A DNA stretch of 63,278 bases, the filler included, from Sphacelaria rigidula (lineage: Eukaryota), in NCBI GenBank assembly GCA_964200075.2. It is 11 parts of 11 records of this genome, joined end to end, with 100 filler letters (N's around TTAATTAATTAA, not from the genome) between each part and the next. Parts side by side here need not be neighbours in the genome. Positions count along the whole stretch, not along the records: positions 23,050 to 28,711 come from CAXNAA020025463.1; positions 28,812 to 34,473 come from CAXNAA020025464.1; positions 34,574 to 40,234 come from CAXNAA020025465.1; 8 more parts are not named here. One strand, given 5' to 3'. Of this stretch, positions 23,960 to 37,765 are shown piece after piece (positions within the stretch are counted from its first letter, which is position 1; every line of letters begins with the position of its first letter). Made by a program: the position numbers and the translations under genes. Under the pieces are notes generated by a model. That model was not told the DNA's origin. It searched no databases and saw only the letters and a list, made by a program, of their open reading frames with translations.

Positions 23960-26208
23960 TAGATGCTCGTACTGTCACATTTCGCAGTTTCGAAAGTCTC
24001 AGACCAAGAGTAGCGGAAAGAGCGGTGGATACTTCCAGCATGAAGTGCTCGCTTCACGGGCGGTGTGCGGAGGTGGAAAAAACACCATCACGCACGAGAC
24101 CCGTCACAGCACACATCGCAAGTGATTACCACTGAAAAAAGGTCGCGTCCCGGTAGTACATGGCGAACTTGTGCAGGGTTCTCTAAATGCCGGCCCGAGC
24201 CCGTACGCACGGATTTCAAATCACACTTGTATACAGTATATATGCATGATATTGCTTGTTGTCTGTGTGTACGTGGTGTACCACCCCTCGCTCTAGTACA
24301 GCGGTCGGTGTTGCAGCCAAGTGTGCATTTGCCCTAGGTGGCGCACGCAAGAGTAATAGGCCGCCTCTGCCGCTATAATTCCTGCCTGTATATTGAGCGG
24401 ATGAAAACACAGCCGCTATGGCGCGCAAGCCGGCTGTAACAATTCATACCGCGTGGAGATTTCTACACTGTCTTGAAGTCATACTGCGCGCAGTCCGACT
24501 GTTGTACGAGTATTGTGCACGTCGCAGAAGGAAAATAGCTTCTATACTATGCACAGTACATGTTTAGAAATTGTATACTGAGTGTAGAAAGCTCTTGTCT
24601 AGGGTGTAATACATTTCCATATATATCAGGCGGTGATATCGTGAAACAATCAAATAATCCACAGCACATGGCCGAAGTGGAAGTGAGGCAGTCACCGAAA
24701 TATTCGCGTGCAAAGCCTGTGCGGCCGTACTCTAAGTTGTTAACGCTAGAACACCAGTGCAACGACTATTCCGGCTGCCGGCGTGTGCACGGCCGTCCTG
24801 GTAGTGTTGGGACTGTCTGTACCGGGATGTGGCCCCCAGTGCCAAGTACGCCGGCAAGGGTCCGCAGCACTACCCACTGGTCGCGCGACAGGAGCTCAAT
24901 CTTCGACTGCCGAAATTTTTGAGGTGGAAATGTTCAGCTCCCAACCCTCACATAGGCCTATATAGCGGACCATAAACGAGCGTTCGTCTATAACTTGGCG
25001 AAGATTGATGATGAGGCCGGCAGGATCCGTCGCAGCCTGCGTGCTCAACTGTCACTGTTGTACCCACTCTATCTAGCCGTCATCAGAAAGCAGGGTGTTG
25101 AAAAAATAAAGTGCCACGCACCGTGGGTATCCACCGTATCAATGCACACCGTGCCATTAGCGACTTCCCCTGCTGCAGCTGTGACTGTGACCCGTTCCTC
25201 TAGCACCAATCTACACATTCTTCAGTGTTCTTCGCGATGCTTTTTTTGTCGGTTGTTACGTTCGCATAAGTGGGGCACATATTACGCAGATATGACCGTG
25301 TTGGAGGCTTCACGTCAAAACTAAATGAGAAGGGATCTCAGATCATTCCACTGCTGTTTGCTGCTGACTAAGTCAGGGCAATGTCCAGCTGTGTTCAACT
25401 GCTTTGCTCTCATGTTCTCGTGACATTCGCTGCATAACCACTGTGTTCGTGTTCCCAAATCATCGAGAACGCAAAGGAAATCGCGGTGAAATAATACCCC
25501 GCCCTGTGAGCGGGCTTTCGTGGCTCTTGTTTGAAGTTTTCGACGATCTTGGAAAGGCTTTTATGATTCGGGATCGACACCCCGCGAAAAAGAGCCAGCG
25601 TGGGCGACTTTCGATGGCAAGAACACGCGCCAAAGGTATCAGATGACACCCTAACCTGAACTGTAATGTACCGCTGACCCCCCATCGTGCACTTCAAAAG
25701 AAAGCGCGGGCCAAGATGCCTTGCAGACAGAGAACACTCGGCAAAAGTGGTGAAAAATGCGAAATGATACAGGTACATATATACATATATATATATATAT
25801 GTCATGGATGCATTTTGTCGGGGGGGGGGCGGTGGTTTGCGTCCAATCCCTGTTGTTCATGAGCGTCATGTTGAGCCATTGCTTCTTGCTTGCTTGGTTA
25901 TCAACGCTGAATTGGCCGAGAAAACGGTGGATTTTCCTGGATTGTTCTTCGAAAATCCGACTTTTTTAATGGAATGAAAGTATTTTCACTCCCTTATTTT
26001 TCAGATTGATTTTTATTTTTTTGCACTTTTTTTTCGACATATACGTATACATATATTGCTATTGCCATATAGGTCTCGTCGATTGTGGAGGAATACGATA
26101 CGTTTGTAACTGTCGGCGGTCAGAGTATTCGAGTCTTCCATGGATGACTCGTTTCTTCATTTCTTCCATCACTCTCTTCCAGTCCATGCCGATTTACGCT
26201 TGGCCATT

Positions 26209-26295
26209 TTGCTCTTTACTCGGTCATTTTGCTCCTAGCTCGGTCATTTTGCTCTTAACTTGGTTATTTTGCTCCTGACTTGGTCATTTTGCCCC
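26209..26295. repeat. 20-bp tandem repeat, x4-5
   Basis: Unit TGGTCATTTTGCTCCTAACT with variants. Confidence 0.85.
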
Positions 26296-26712
26296 CACAT
26301 TTGTTCAAAGACTCTAAATATTGTATCGGGGGGCAGATATAGACAGGTTCAACATACTAGTGACCATCGCAGCACGGCGGCGCGTAGAAGCGAGCAGCCC
26401 GTGGGTCGGTACATGTACACGGGTGAAACATATCCCTCGAACATCTATCCCTCAAACTCAAATAGTTTTCAACCGGGACTTTTTTTTTTTTTGTGTGTGT
26501 GTGTGCTGTGCAGATGCAGACTAATTTCATCCGTCTGTAGATACTTGGAAGAGGAAAAAAAGGAAATGCCGAGACGAAGTTTATACTGGGTGTGGCACCT
26601 AATGGAACCGAAATTGGACCTTCTTCGGCAGTTGAAAGCTTGAGCAGACGCTTACTGCCCAACGTGGGTACAAATCTCAACACTTTGACTTCCAACCCCG
26701 TCCCCCCCTTCC

Positions 26713-26777
26713 GTCTCCGTCTCGAAAGGATGCGCGGCCGCTGGTCGAATGACAGAGGCAAGCATAAAATGAGTACG
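26713..26777 (+). mobile_element. C-tract retroposon form A (diverged copy)
   Basis: CTCCGTCTCGAAAGGATGCG...AAATGAGTACG, flanked by CCCCCCTTCC on both sides. Confidence 0.85.
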
Positions 26778-27031
26778 CCCCCCTTCCCCTCAGGTCACTC
26801 AAAATCGTCCATGATCAAATTGGATCCTAAATCTGTGTTTTGTTCAAGTGGCACAACACGCCCATCTATCCGAACGGGTGGATGTTAAGTACATATACGG
26901 AAAATTAGAGCACGAGGAACCCCGACCGTTATTTTCTGGCCGAGCCACCTGCGTACAGGTTTGGTTGCTCTGGTATGTATGTTGAGTGTGCGATATTCAA
27001 TTTGCCACGCACAAGGAAGTGGGGCCACGTA

Positions 27032-27330
27032 TAGTAGTGGGCGATCTAACTATTCATTGTTTGGCATCTTGTGATGTTTTCGTAATCGGCGATTTTCTTG
27101 GGCTCTTTTCGCTTGCCACCGTTTATCACATTGAGAACCTGAAGATGCTTGTTTTCTCTCCACATTCCAAGAAAAACTAATCATCTGTACTCAAGATTCA
27201 GTGACTTACGGGCTGACCGGTCATCGGGGGTCCTGCCACTTTTCAGCCCAGATTCTTACTCTTCGGTATTTTCGGTCGATCGAGCCTGTCCCGATCACAT
27301 TTATGAAGAAATGTACATTTTTTTTTTTTA
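27032..27330. mobile_element. Partial Tc1/mariner-type MITE, same family as 23410-23959
   Basis: Left TIR TAGTAGTGGGCGATCTAACTATT. 27200-27320 is reverse-complementary to 23670-23790. Confidence 0.75.
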
Positions 27331-27506
27331 ATTCCACCTACTCATTGCGAAACTGTACATGACATATTCTCAACCGCTCGATGATACGGTACCGCGCTGC
27401 TGCTGCTGCACGGTACAGACGAAATTGTTGCATCAGCGACCAGTTATAGCAAAAAATAGATAGTAGACCAATGTTGCCATAGCCCCCCCCCTCCTCCCCA
27501 GAGGTG

Positions 27507-27630
27507 AATGGTCTTCTGACTATGGCATGCATGATCATGAGTACACCCCAACTCCCCAGAGAAGTGCTCCGTCTCGAACGGGATGCGTGGTCAAAAGTCA
27601 CACGACTAAGACAAGCAACAAATGAGCACG
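27507..27630 (+). mobile_element. Stacked C-tract retroposons: B fragment (27507-27545) plus form A (27564-27630)
   Basis: The target CCCCAGAG(AA)GT is present three times, before, between and after the two inserts. Confidence 0.88.
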
Positions 27631-28911
27631 CCCCCCCCTCCCCCCCCCAGAGAAGTCGTTGCTTTAACGCTGTAGAACTCTACATTTAAATCAATATGAC
27701 AAAAGCCGACCATACCGAGCAGCTGGGAATCCCCACGCTTGGGATCGTTTTCGCCAATGTTGCCCACATGAGGCCCTTCAAGCAGGCTGGCACTAGCGAC
27801 CACGTGCTGTACAGTACAGCCATTTTCTTCGTGGCCATTTGGGGCTGGTTTGTAGGGGAGGAGAGAGCCATCGCGGCATCACACAGTGACAGTATGCACT
27901 GGTTCTATCTCTGCTAAGTGCTATGCAACAACAGTGCGCTGCTCTTCCCAACAGGAGGGGGGGTAGCTAGGTCGCAAAAGACGGCAGGGAGCAAAAAAAA
28001 ACATCCTCTCACTTGTTGTGCGTATGTCAACGGTTGGTGTTCAAAAGGTGAAAAACAGCTTCATCTCCAGGTGGCGAGATACTGAGCGATTTTATAGGGG
28101 AACTTGTCATAGCAGATCATGACACTGATCAGAGCTATGAAAAATGATCATCCCACGCCTCTTTACACCTGTCGCCCGACCTGCGAATAAAAATTTACTG
28201 GTAAAACGCATGATTGATCTGAGGAGCATTCGCTGATGACTCGGGGAAACCTGCACGCCTCCCCGCCAAGGAACATTGAAACCCCTCGATCGCCAGCCGG
28301 TGAAACCGATCCGAAACGAAGATCTAGGTCAAAAGGGCTATAACGGAACGTGATGGATAATGGAGAGTGTTGAGGACATTTCTTCCTTCTTCCTGTCATC
28401 ACGTACATACTACTCGGCCAGTGTATTTTATCGGGATTAAAATTGGTTTCAAAGTACTGTAGTATTTCTGGGATAGGGTATGTGTGTGTCGAGCGCCGCT
28501 TACTCGCCGAAGGAGCCTCTTTCTGCAGCAATAGCATCCCGATTTATTCCAGGGTGTAAGAAACCATGTTGCTCCTGGCCCGGACTCAAAGACTCAATCA
28601 GCCCGTACCTCTTTCGCTTCACCCCCCCCCCCCCCCCCCCACCCCCCCCTCCCCAAAGGTCAGGTGGCGAAAAGGCAAAAAACTAAGACAAACAACGAAA
28701 GGCACACCCCCNNNNNNNNNNNNNNNNNNNNNNNNNNNNNNNNNNNNNNNNNNNNTTAATTAATTAANNNNNNNNNNNNNNNNNNNNNNNNNNNNNNNNN
28801 NNNNNNNNNNNCACGCTCCTGAACTTTGTTCTACCGCATATTCCCCCCACCACCCGCACCTATACTACAAACAGGTGCCCCCCCCCCCCCCCCCCCCCCT
28901 CCCCCCTCTCT

Positions 28912-28975
28912 CTCCGTCTCGAGAGGGATGCGTGGTCAATGGTCAAACCACTAAGGCAAGCAACGAATGAGTACG
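28912..28975 (+). mobile_element. C-tract retroposon form A
   Basis: Consensus match between two C-runs (CCCCCCCCCTCCCC on both sides). Confidence 0.88.
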
Positions 28976-29040
28976 CCCCCCCCCCTCCCCTCCTCCCATC
29001 CCCTACCCCATCCCTACCGTCAAATCTGACCGATCGAAAG

Positions 29041-29737
29041 ATACATTCGCCTGACGGAGCAACGGGACGAAGAGGAAGGCGACGACAACAATAACAACGA
29101 GGAAGACGAAAATGGCGACGTTGAAGGAGTAGGAGCCGGCGAGCAAGAACATGGCGATGAGGAAAAGCTGGAGTCCCCTACCGCTAGAGCCGACGGCAAG
29201 AGGAACGGCGACGGGAACGATGTTACCGCTAGCGAGCGCGGTGATGAAAAAACATCGACAAGAGATTTGTCATCTCCAACAGAGGTGGGATTGTGTGTAA
29301 CACGTTGTATGTATCTTCTACACGGCAGTGGAGTGATATGTTTTGAAAAACTAGATATCCCGCGCTTTCATTTTTCTTGAAAAACATTCGGTTGTGAAAT
29401 GCGTCCACTGCTCCTCAATAAGGAATGCGTGGCCCTTGTTTCAACTGCGTAATTTACCCACCCCAGCACCCTAGCGCTGCATGACCAATTAATTGTCTTT
29501 GCGGCCTACCCCCCGTTCTCTATATCTCACCGGAACGGTGATGTATCGTTCCAGGAGATCAAGACGGAGGAAGCAATGGAGCAGCAAGCGGTAGGAGATA
29601 GCAGAGAGAACCGCCTGTCGTCGTCGATGTTGAAGGTGGCAACAGCCGCCGCCATGGCGGCTCATGCCGCTAGGATCAAGCGCATAAATAATCGGGAGAA
29701 GGTGGAGCAAAAACGACGGCTTAGAGATGCGCTGAAG
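29041..29737 (+). CDS. Two exons (29041-29284, 29555-29737) of an unknown acidic/low-complexity protein; another possible exon at ~31700-31920
   Basis: AG/GT-bounded, phase-compatible open frames YIRLTEQRDEEEGDDNNNNEEDE...SSPTE | EIKTEEAMEQQ...KRRLRDALK. Confidence 0.65.
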
Positions 29738-29869
29738 GTCGGTTCTGCACTCTATCCCTGGAAATTCGCTAGAACTAAAACTGGCCACCATCACTTGAAT
29801 CTTTGGGGTGGAAAATTATATCTTGCTAGGTAGCTTACACGTGTTCACGGTTAGGACGAATCATCACGA

Positions 29870-29990
29870 GTTCGAATCACCAAATCCACGATGAATTCGA
29901 CCTGATTGCTCCAAAAGGGAGAAAAGAATTGAACGGTGGTCCAAGAGGTATCCACGCAACTTTTGCGCCATTCCACGTGTCTGGGCTGCG
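29870..29990 (+). repeat. Dispersed repeat (second copy at 63160-63278)
   Basis: CGAATCACCAAATCCACGA...TTTGCGCCATTCC(A/G)..TG(T/C)CTGGGCT occurs in both places. Confidence 0.75.
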
Positions 29991-30856
29991 TGTACCTGGG
30001 TTGCAACGCTGAAAGCAAAACCTAGGGATTGATTCGAACGAGTCGAATCAGTTATACTAAAACCAAGTAATTTACAGACGGATTATTGTTTGTCCGACCC
30101 TTGCACATGATGTTCGTTCTATACTGAAGACATGTTTTGAGGGTCAGTAGGTGTCGGAAAAAATGAGTAGGTCGTCTTCAGACCACATTTACCAACTTAG
30201 TGCTGTCGGATTGATACGGAGTAAGAACGTCATCTATCGAGGGGGTGGTATTCAACGCATGTGGCCCATAACCATGGTGTTCACGGCCGTTGCGCAATGA
30301 CTATCGAGAAAATAGAAAAACTGACAGCACAATAATTGTTCATTTTGACGATCCGGATCGGTTCGGTCGAGCGAAAATATGAAAGAGCTACCTAGAACCG
30401 TGGACGGTACACTCGTAGGATCCCCAAACGCCAGTGAGCCTGTATCTCGTCCAAAACTGGTCGTAGATTGTATAAATGTTTGCTGAAAATTATGTCCAGT
30501 ACGCATGTCTCACGGTTCTCAAAGTTTGGGATCAAACAGAAACCGTGATGATTCGCCGTAACGAAAAAACCTGAAAAGATCGATTTCAATCGAAAAATGT
30601 CTTGTTGGAAGTTTGACTACTGTAGGTTGTTTCAATGACCGAAACGGCACTTATTCTGCCATGCGCAATCGTATGATGTCGGTGTGGTCTGGTGTGACTT
30701 TTACCAACCGTCCTGGAGTCTCTCGTTGCCCTTTTTCGTTGTTTTGCCGGTGCTTCAATATCGCCATGGTTCCACAAGGCGTCAATCCCGGGCTGATGCA
30801 CCTCTAACAAAAGAAGCACTACACCAAGCAAGCATCGAAACCTCCCGATGGAAGTG

Positions 30857-30857
<1 letters not shown>

Positions 30858-30903
<46 letters not shown>
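30858..30903. repeat. (TTG)n microsatellite
   Basis: About 15 TTG units. Confidence 0.97.
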
Positions 30904-32384
30904 CTTCCACGTTAGAAACCGTTCCAATATCTGCGCAGTACTCTGTGCTGGGTATCTGATGCGGACGCCGTTCGTGATCACAGGCTAACTACCCCCAAAA
31001 CAGGGTAAACGTAATAGGAGAAGAGACGATAAGGGGATGGAACCTGATGCCCTGTGCATGAACCTTCAAACTGCACGTGTTTGGCGTGGAGACAGCACTC
31101 GTAACAACATGCTTACACCGGTGGACGTCTAGCCCCTCGCCACCCCTCACCAGCCTCCGCATGTCCGTTGTTCTTTGTTTCAGAGTTCTAGTTAACTCAT
31201 CTATGGCGACAGTCCGTTTTCCGCGCTGATGTACGCCATGTCTCCCATGACATGCCGCGATGTGCCTTGGTTTGTTTCGAAAACAGTTCGCGGACCACTT
31301 CCTCCACAGCAACACTAAGCCGGGTGGGATGCTGCATCTGGACCGATGGCAGAGGGGGTGAGTGACGTCGCGAGTTTAACGCGTTCTCTGCTGTTTGTCG
31401 TCGAGGCGGCGGCGATGCGATGTTTGCCCGCGAGGGGTCCTTCATGGTGTCTATTTTCCTCAGGGTGCTGTTCGCTCATTTGTCTGCAACCATTTGCCAA
31501 GGCACCCCCACCTATCCACGACCATATACCACGCCCCCCTAGCTTTCTTGGCCAACGACAACAAACAACACGGGGCCGTGCTTGCTTCCTTTTGTCTGAG
31601 GCAAGGAAGACCTTGCTTTCGATTTGTGCAACCACGAACCACCTCCTGTTCGGTCCTCTCTTGGCTGAAACCCTTTCTAGGGGAGGGAGTATAGACGAGC
31701 GGTGGCGACCGGTGTATGTGGAGGGGGTAAATGTGGCCGGGACCGCCGCGGCGGACAAAGGGTCCACCACCGACGCCAAGAAGGACATTCAAGTGGACGG
31801 CGATTCCTTTCGTGGCGCGTTCGACCCGGTGAGCACACGGCGACTACCTCCAAAGTCAGTAGAACCTAGGAGGGAAAACTTTGAGAAAAACAGCCCGAGT
31901 AATAGTACCGTACACCGGCCGTGAGGAGCAGCGGTGTCGTACATTGCTCGTAAGGGGCAACGGTCGGGAGGGCAGTGCGTTGTACTCCTATACTCTGTTG
32001 GATCCGTTCGTGCCGGCCGTCGTGGGAAGCTGGGTCGCGCTAGTAAGCCTACTGTTAACAGCGACGCTCAGGTGGTGAGCTAAGATAGAAGTCGCACCAA
32101 GCGGGGGGCTGTCGAGAATAGGAATGGTGTGCAGGGAACCGCGCAGCAGTCGTTTAGCTGCCAGTAGATATCGCGTGAATGTCTTTATGCCCTGTAGTCA
32201 ATCACCTGCAAATGTTTCGGTTTTATATTCAAGCTCTCCTCTTCCTGGAGATGAGGCTGCAGTCCTCGAGGAATCAACTCAGTCTTACGTACTGGTATCG
32301 CGGGATAGGATCGGCACTCCCGCACCATGTTGACTCTCGACACATGAACGCTTCAAGATTGTGCTCTGTGGGGTATACCCGGAA

Positions 32385-32478
32385 GTACTCATGATCTTGC
32401 ATGCCATAGTCAAATGACAATTGACGTCGCATCTCTACGAAGCCAGGACGGAGCACGCCGGGTTTTCGCCGGACCAGG
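32385..32478 (-). mobile_element. C-tract retroposon form B, 5'-truncated
   Basis: GTACTCATGATCTTGCATGCCATAGTC...GGACGGAGCACGCCGGGTTTTCGCCGGACCAGG matches the B 3' end. No clear TSD. Confidence 0.8.
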
Positions 32479-33087
32479 ATTTTTTATTGGCTTTACTCAA
32501 CCATTTGCTTTTGTTACTTTTTCAAGTCTTCGTCTACTATGTCGTTTTGTTTTTTCCTTGGATACGTCTGTCGTGTGGTCACGGCTAGATCCCTGTGGGG
32601 TTCAGGTAAAGTGCGACAACTGAAAAACAAATCAATCAAACCATACTGAAATGTGTACCGAACATTCCGGCAGGGTCCGGCAGGGTATCGAGCCCTGTTG
32701 GGAACACTGCGGTCTGGTACGGGAAAGTATTTCCTGATATAATGTCGCTTTTTATATTTATGTGAATACCAAATGCCCGCATTTCAGTCGGTATACTCTA
32801 CATAACACGGCCTCCGAACCGTTTTTGCTGCTCACATCCCCACGTGTCTGCAACGACGGAAATCAGATCTTGCTCAGAAAAAACCCTAAAGGAGGCATCT
32901 GCCGGAGATCGAGCTCGCATTGTTCCGACGTAACTGACTCCAGTTTGTACCATTGATTAGACGACCGGGGCGTAGTGGCTAGTGCATCAATATTCGCCTC
33001 TGTGCTTGCACCCACACCGATTATTGAACAGCAGCAGCCTACGTCTGTGACCACGGGTTCCCGAGCTCGGACTAATGTGCGGAAACA

Positions 33088-33123
<36 letters not shown>

Positions 33124-33195
33124 GTGATAATGATGATGATGATAATAATGTCAATGATAATAATCATGGTGATAATAATCATAATAATCATAGAG
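33088..33195. repeat. (ATG/ATA)n microsatellite
   Basis: An ATG run decaying into ATA/ATC units. Confidence 0.95.
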
Positions 33196-34691
33196 GTAAC
33201 TAATATCACGATTATTCTGATCTTTAGTTCTAGGTCGCTCACAGCGCAGCGGGGAAACTCGCCCCCCTCTCAGATCAGTACGTTAATCGTTACCTCTCTC
33301 CGCCCGCGCGCTCCACCACCGCCCGACTCCTCCTTGCACGAGGTCAGCGAAAAAAGTCTTTCCAACACATATCCGCTGCCGCCGTACCGAGTTTTTGCGT
33401 TGGAGTCAGGCTACCAGCGTGAAGCTACACGAGTCATTTTCGTGTGTGCTGTGAAAAGTAAAAAATGTCAGCCACACCCCTGCATAGCTGAAGAAACACG
33501 TCTCTCAGTAAACACCGGCAAACATGCAAAATCTCAGATTTTTCGTTTGATTGGTCCAGAACTTCCGGGAACTTCTGAACTTTCGCAGAAGTCATCAAGA
33601 CTCTATTTCACATGCCATGTCTCAGCTAAGGAAGAAATTCCAACACAGACACTCTGTCGTGGGACGGAGTTTTGGCGTTGGCGTTAGGCTGCCAGCGTAG
33701 AGCTACGTGATTGTGTTCATCCGTGTGTGCTTTGACAAGGCAAAAAACCACACCTGCGTACCTGAAAAAGTACGTTTTTCGTCTGAACAGACCACACTAT
33801 GAACTTCGAACTGCACCTGCGTACCTGAAAAAGTACGTTTTCCGTCTGAACAGCCCACAACAGAAACTTCAAACTGTCAAAACTTCAGACATAGTCGACC
33901 GTCACCAACCGGCATGGTCTACCACCCGTCAACGGCATCACTTCGGCGTGCTTATTGACCCACACGCCAGGGTCAATCTCCAGGAATTTGATTTTTTTCG
34001 CCAGTGCCTATCAGTTCAAGACTTCATATGTAGTGTTTTAAGTCAACGTTCCTACATGGCTTCTGATAAATTTTCTTCAAGTTGCAGCAAGCGTGAGGGC
34101 GTCAAGTTAGGGGTTCCTAAAGCCCCAAATTATACAGCGTGTGACTTTTTTGATACCAGTGGAATTTGAAATTATACAGCGTGTGACATTCCTCTCGTGT
34201 GTCTGCGTTCATTCCCTTTGGTCTGTTGTTTTTAGGTTTTCACTGCAGCAATATATTGTCTTTCCCTTGCTCAAAAAAGTAAATCAACCATCCAACCATC
34301 CATCCTCAAACAATCTTTAATTTAATTAATTAATAAAATACTTTTTATAACTATTTATCTTATTTAGCAGGGGTGTGTACGGAGGACAATTCGCTCCGCG
34401 GTGCGGATTGTCACGGTGCGGTTTGTCAATCCACACCGCTCCGTGGCATTTGTAGGGGGCGGATATCCGCACCNNNNNNNNNNNNNNNNNNNNNNNNNNN
34501 NNNNNNNNNNNNNNNNNTTAATTAATTAANNNNNNNNNNNNNNNNNNNNNNNNNNNNNNNNNNNNNNNNNNNNTCGGTTGGGGGGGGGGTGTGTTTTGTT
34601 AGGTGAAATTCTGTCTTCTAGACCGCGCCCCCCCCCCCCCCCCCCCCCCCCCCCCGAACCAGATTGAAAAACTGTCCCGATGGCCACACAT

Positions 34692-34753
34692 CGTCCCGGC
34701 TTTGTAGGGATGCGAGATCAATTACGACTACCACATGCATGATCATGAGTACA
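34692..34753 (+). mobile_element. C-tract retroposon form B, 3' fragment
   Basis: CGTCCCGGCTTTGTAGGGATGCGAG...GCATGATCATGAGTACA followed by a C-run. Confidence 0.85.
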
Positions 34754-37700
34754 CCCCCTCCCCCCCCTTTCTGTAAATGTTGTCAGGGGTTGGATGCTTT
34801 GTTTTGAGACGTTAGGCACACTGAAAAAACTCTAGCCCGCTTTCCCGTTTCGCTGCGCTCCGAGGTTTCGAGAACGATCTCTGACCACAAATCCGAATGG
34901 AAACGAAAGATGTAGAAATGAGTGGATATTTTGAAAATATCGCGACAGGTCATGGTTGTTCATGTGTAGGGGAGGGAGAGGGAGGGGTGGGGGGGCTATT
35001 CAGATGCCGTTCTTGAAACCTCGGAGCTAGGTGAATCAGAAAAAGTGGGCTCGACTCCCCCAAGAAGGTCGTGTACAATGTCTGGGACACATGGTAATAG
35101 ACCTGTCGTGTTTTGAAGGAAAAAACTGCCGAATGTCTTGAACCTGGAAAATCAATCGAATAAAGAGGCGATCCCGGTGAAACATGGTCTTGAAAACTAT
35201 CGTCAGATACCGAATGTGTTGGAGATGTTCGCCTTTATTTTTTGTCTCGAAAAGTCGCGGCTATAGTACTTTGAAGGCGGTCCGTAGGCTATCATATCCA
35301 CTATGACAGTATGGGTCGTCCTTGCATGCAACGCTTGGGTTTGGAGAATAAAAGCGAAGAGTAAGCACAATCTCCTCAACTTTTGGATCAGCTCTTTGTC
35401 ATGCTCATACGACGCCGTAATATTTTTTGCTCCATCAACAAAGCGCCCTGCCTCTCCTTCTGCCGCCTCTATACCGTCGACTTGCTCGCCTGTGCTGCAC
35501 AGATTTGACGAAATCCCTGAGGTCAACGCATGCGCGACGCCAGACCGATGCGAGATCATCGACCCTATCGAATTCGCTACGCACGGCGAGGACAGCGCTG
35601 CGGTCGGGGAGCGATTCTTCCAGAAGGCGAAGGATATGCTCAAGTCTTCCCTCACAAGGGCAGGCTAGATGAAAAGCAATCACCCACAGCCTGGTGAACA
35701 GGCTGGTGCCATCAATTTGATGAGTTTTTGCTTGGTGGAAAAGAGGCGAGTGAGAGCAGGGGGGGCGGAAGGGGCGATGATGCCTTGTGTCCCCCTCTTC
35801 CCTCTGTCGTCGCACTTCTTTTCCTACTCAAGTTTGGCGGGCCGTGGTGAAAGACGTTGGGGTTGAATTGGTTTCAACGATCCATCCACCCCCGGTCACA
35901 GCGCTGCCGCTGCTGCTACCGCTGTTGAGGGCGCCGGCGGTACCTAGCCATTGTAAGTGAAGGGTTGTGGCAATGCGGAGAGGGGCAAAAAGCGAGTGCT
36001 TAGAGCGGTGTATGATGACCGGCTGTATTCAGATGCCATGATGAAAAAAATAGGCGTTTTCCGTACGCGCTTCTTTGTCCGGTTGACCCTCGAAGTACCT
36101 GAAATGACGCGCTGGGGTTGACATACAGGCGCACGCTTAGTGTTTGGTGGGCGGGATTCTTCTCCGCATCTTTCCCCCCCCTCCTGTCGTCGCCCCCCAG
36201 TCTGGGCCGTCTTTTATTGCGTTTTCCCGACTCTACGGGGCGGAGCAGGTCGCGGAGCGTGTGTAATTTTTTGCGATTGCCGGTGCTGCGGTATCCGGAC
36301 AGAAATTATTAGAGGAGAGGCGCGGGTGCGTGTGTAATTGTAAGGGGCGGTGGTGTGTTCTGCTGCTTCCACTGCCCCAACACCTGTCGAACTCTGTACT
36401 ATGTGACTATATCTCTTTCTCCGAGGAGGGGGCGGGGGGAGGGAGGGGGGTAAAAGCTGTAGAGGAGATGAAGAGTTCGCTGAAGAAAAAGATTGCCCAT
36501 TGTTCAGGTTAACCCCAAACTGCATAGCGCATCTTGTCTTTCCCCCGGGTTTTGTTACTAAGCCCACGCCTTCCCTAGTTTTGGCTATCCATTTCAACCG
36601 GAAATGTTGGTGTGGTATGGGAGATGGCAAGCTTTTCCATTATATAAACAACGAATCGACGTTTCGCTAGGCGGGTCGAGGAGGCAGAAGGCCATGGCAT
36701 GTCCAGAGAAGCCCGTGTATGTGTGTGTTTCCAAATTGACGGGGTTACTCGCGTTCTGCTGATTCCTCCCTCGGTGGCGTGGTGCGCGTATCCGTGTACA
36801 TGCTGTATTTTGTATTTTGCCATTTGGTGAATCGGCCGACCTTGTCGGTGTGTAGACGAAAAATAAGCTGATTATTGTACATGGGTGTCATGACATGTGC
36901 TTTTATTCACCCAAGAATTTTGTTCTCGCTCGCCGAGGCCAAGGCGGGGCGGAGGAGGTGGGTTCAGCGTGGTGGGTAGTTGTCGGGCCGAAGACGTGGG
37001 CGTGTAGTGCCACAGAGAGGTGCTTTGAACATGTAGAGGTTTGTTGAGGTAATCAGGACCAATCCAACACCGTCAATCGCGCTGGTGTTATTCGTACAGT
37101 GAAGACATGTGGCATCGCTCTTTCAACACCTGAATAACGGTACCCTGTGGAGCTCGTTGGAAGTGTTCATGTCAGGGTCGGCAAGATGAATGCCGTTCAG
37201 GTATTATATTTTGGGAGGTGTTGGTTGTGCGCAAACTCGCGGTCTGATGCCAGACCATGGGCAGCTATGCCGTCATCATCGCATCCACGATCAGTTTCAA
37301 TATTTGCCCAACATAAAACAATGATACCGTATCCATGTGGTGGCAACCCCTGGGCACGAGAAGATTGACATGAACAGTTTTTATTACCCAAGGACGAAGT
37401 CCGAAAGTCGGCAATCAATCACCATTCCGCTACTTCACCAATCCTTTGGGTGGGGGCAGATGCCTGAGTCCGACCTCTCGACTATCCATTCAACAAAGGC
37501 ATGATCACAGTACCTGCGCGAGAGAACCATTCTAATAAATTTCATAATCTAGGTTTACCATCAAGCCACAGCCTTGCAGCACCTGAAAATTGGAACCCCC
37601 ATACGAGCTGGGACAGCCTCGAAACGGACTTGAGCTATCATCGACACAGAAAAAATGGGCCGTGAAACGCACATCTCAAAAGCCTAGGCCAACTTGTCCT

Positions 37701-37765
37701 TGTTCATTGGATGCCATGTCCAGTAACTCCTGTACCGTACGTCAACAGGGCTAAAAGTGGGAACA

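Noticed and set aside
28659..28711. Additional form A copy
   Set aside because: It resembles A but is very degenerate and follows a long C homopolymer at a contig end. It is likely low-quality sequence and was not counted.
33088..33687. 199-aa poly-Met ORF
   Set aside because: It starts in an ATG microsatellite and has no recognisable protein features.
34322..34333. TTAATTAATTAA matching the linker core
   Set aside because: No flanking Ns and it sits in an AT-rich stretch, so it is treated as coincidence.
35203..35815. Overlapping minus-strand ORFs as a host exon
   Set aside because: Coding-like, but it needs a frameshift and has no recognisable motif, so it cannot be supported.
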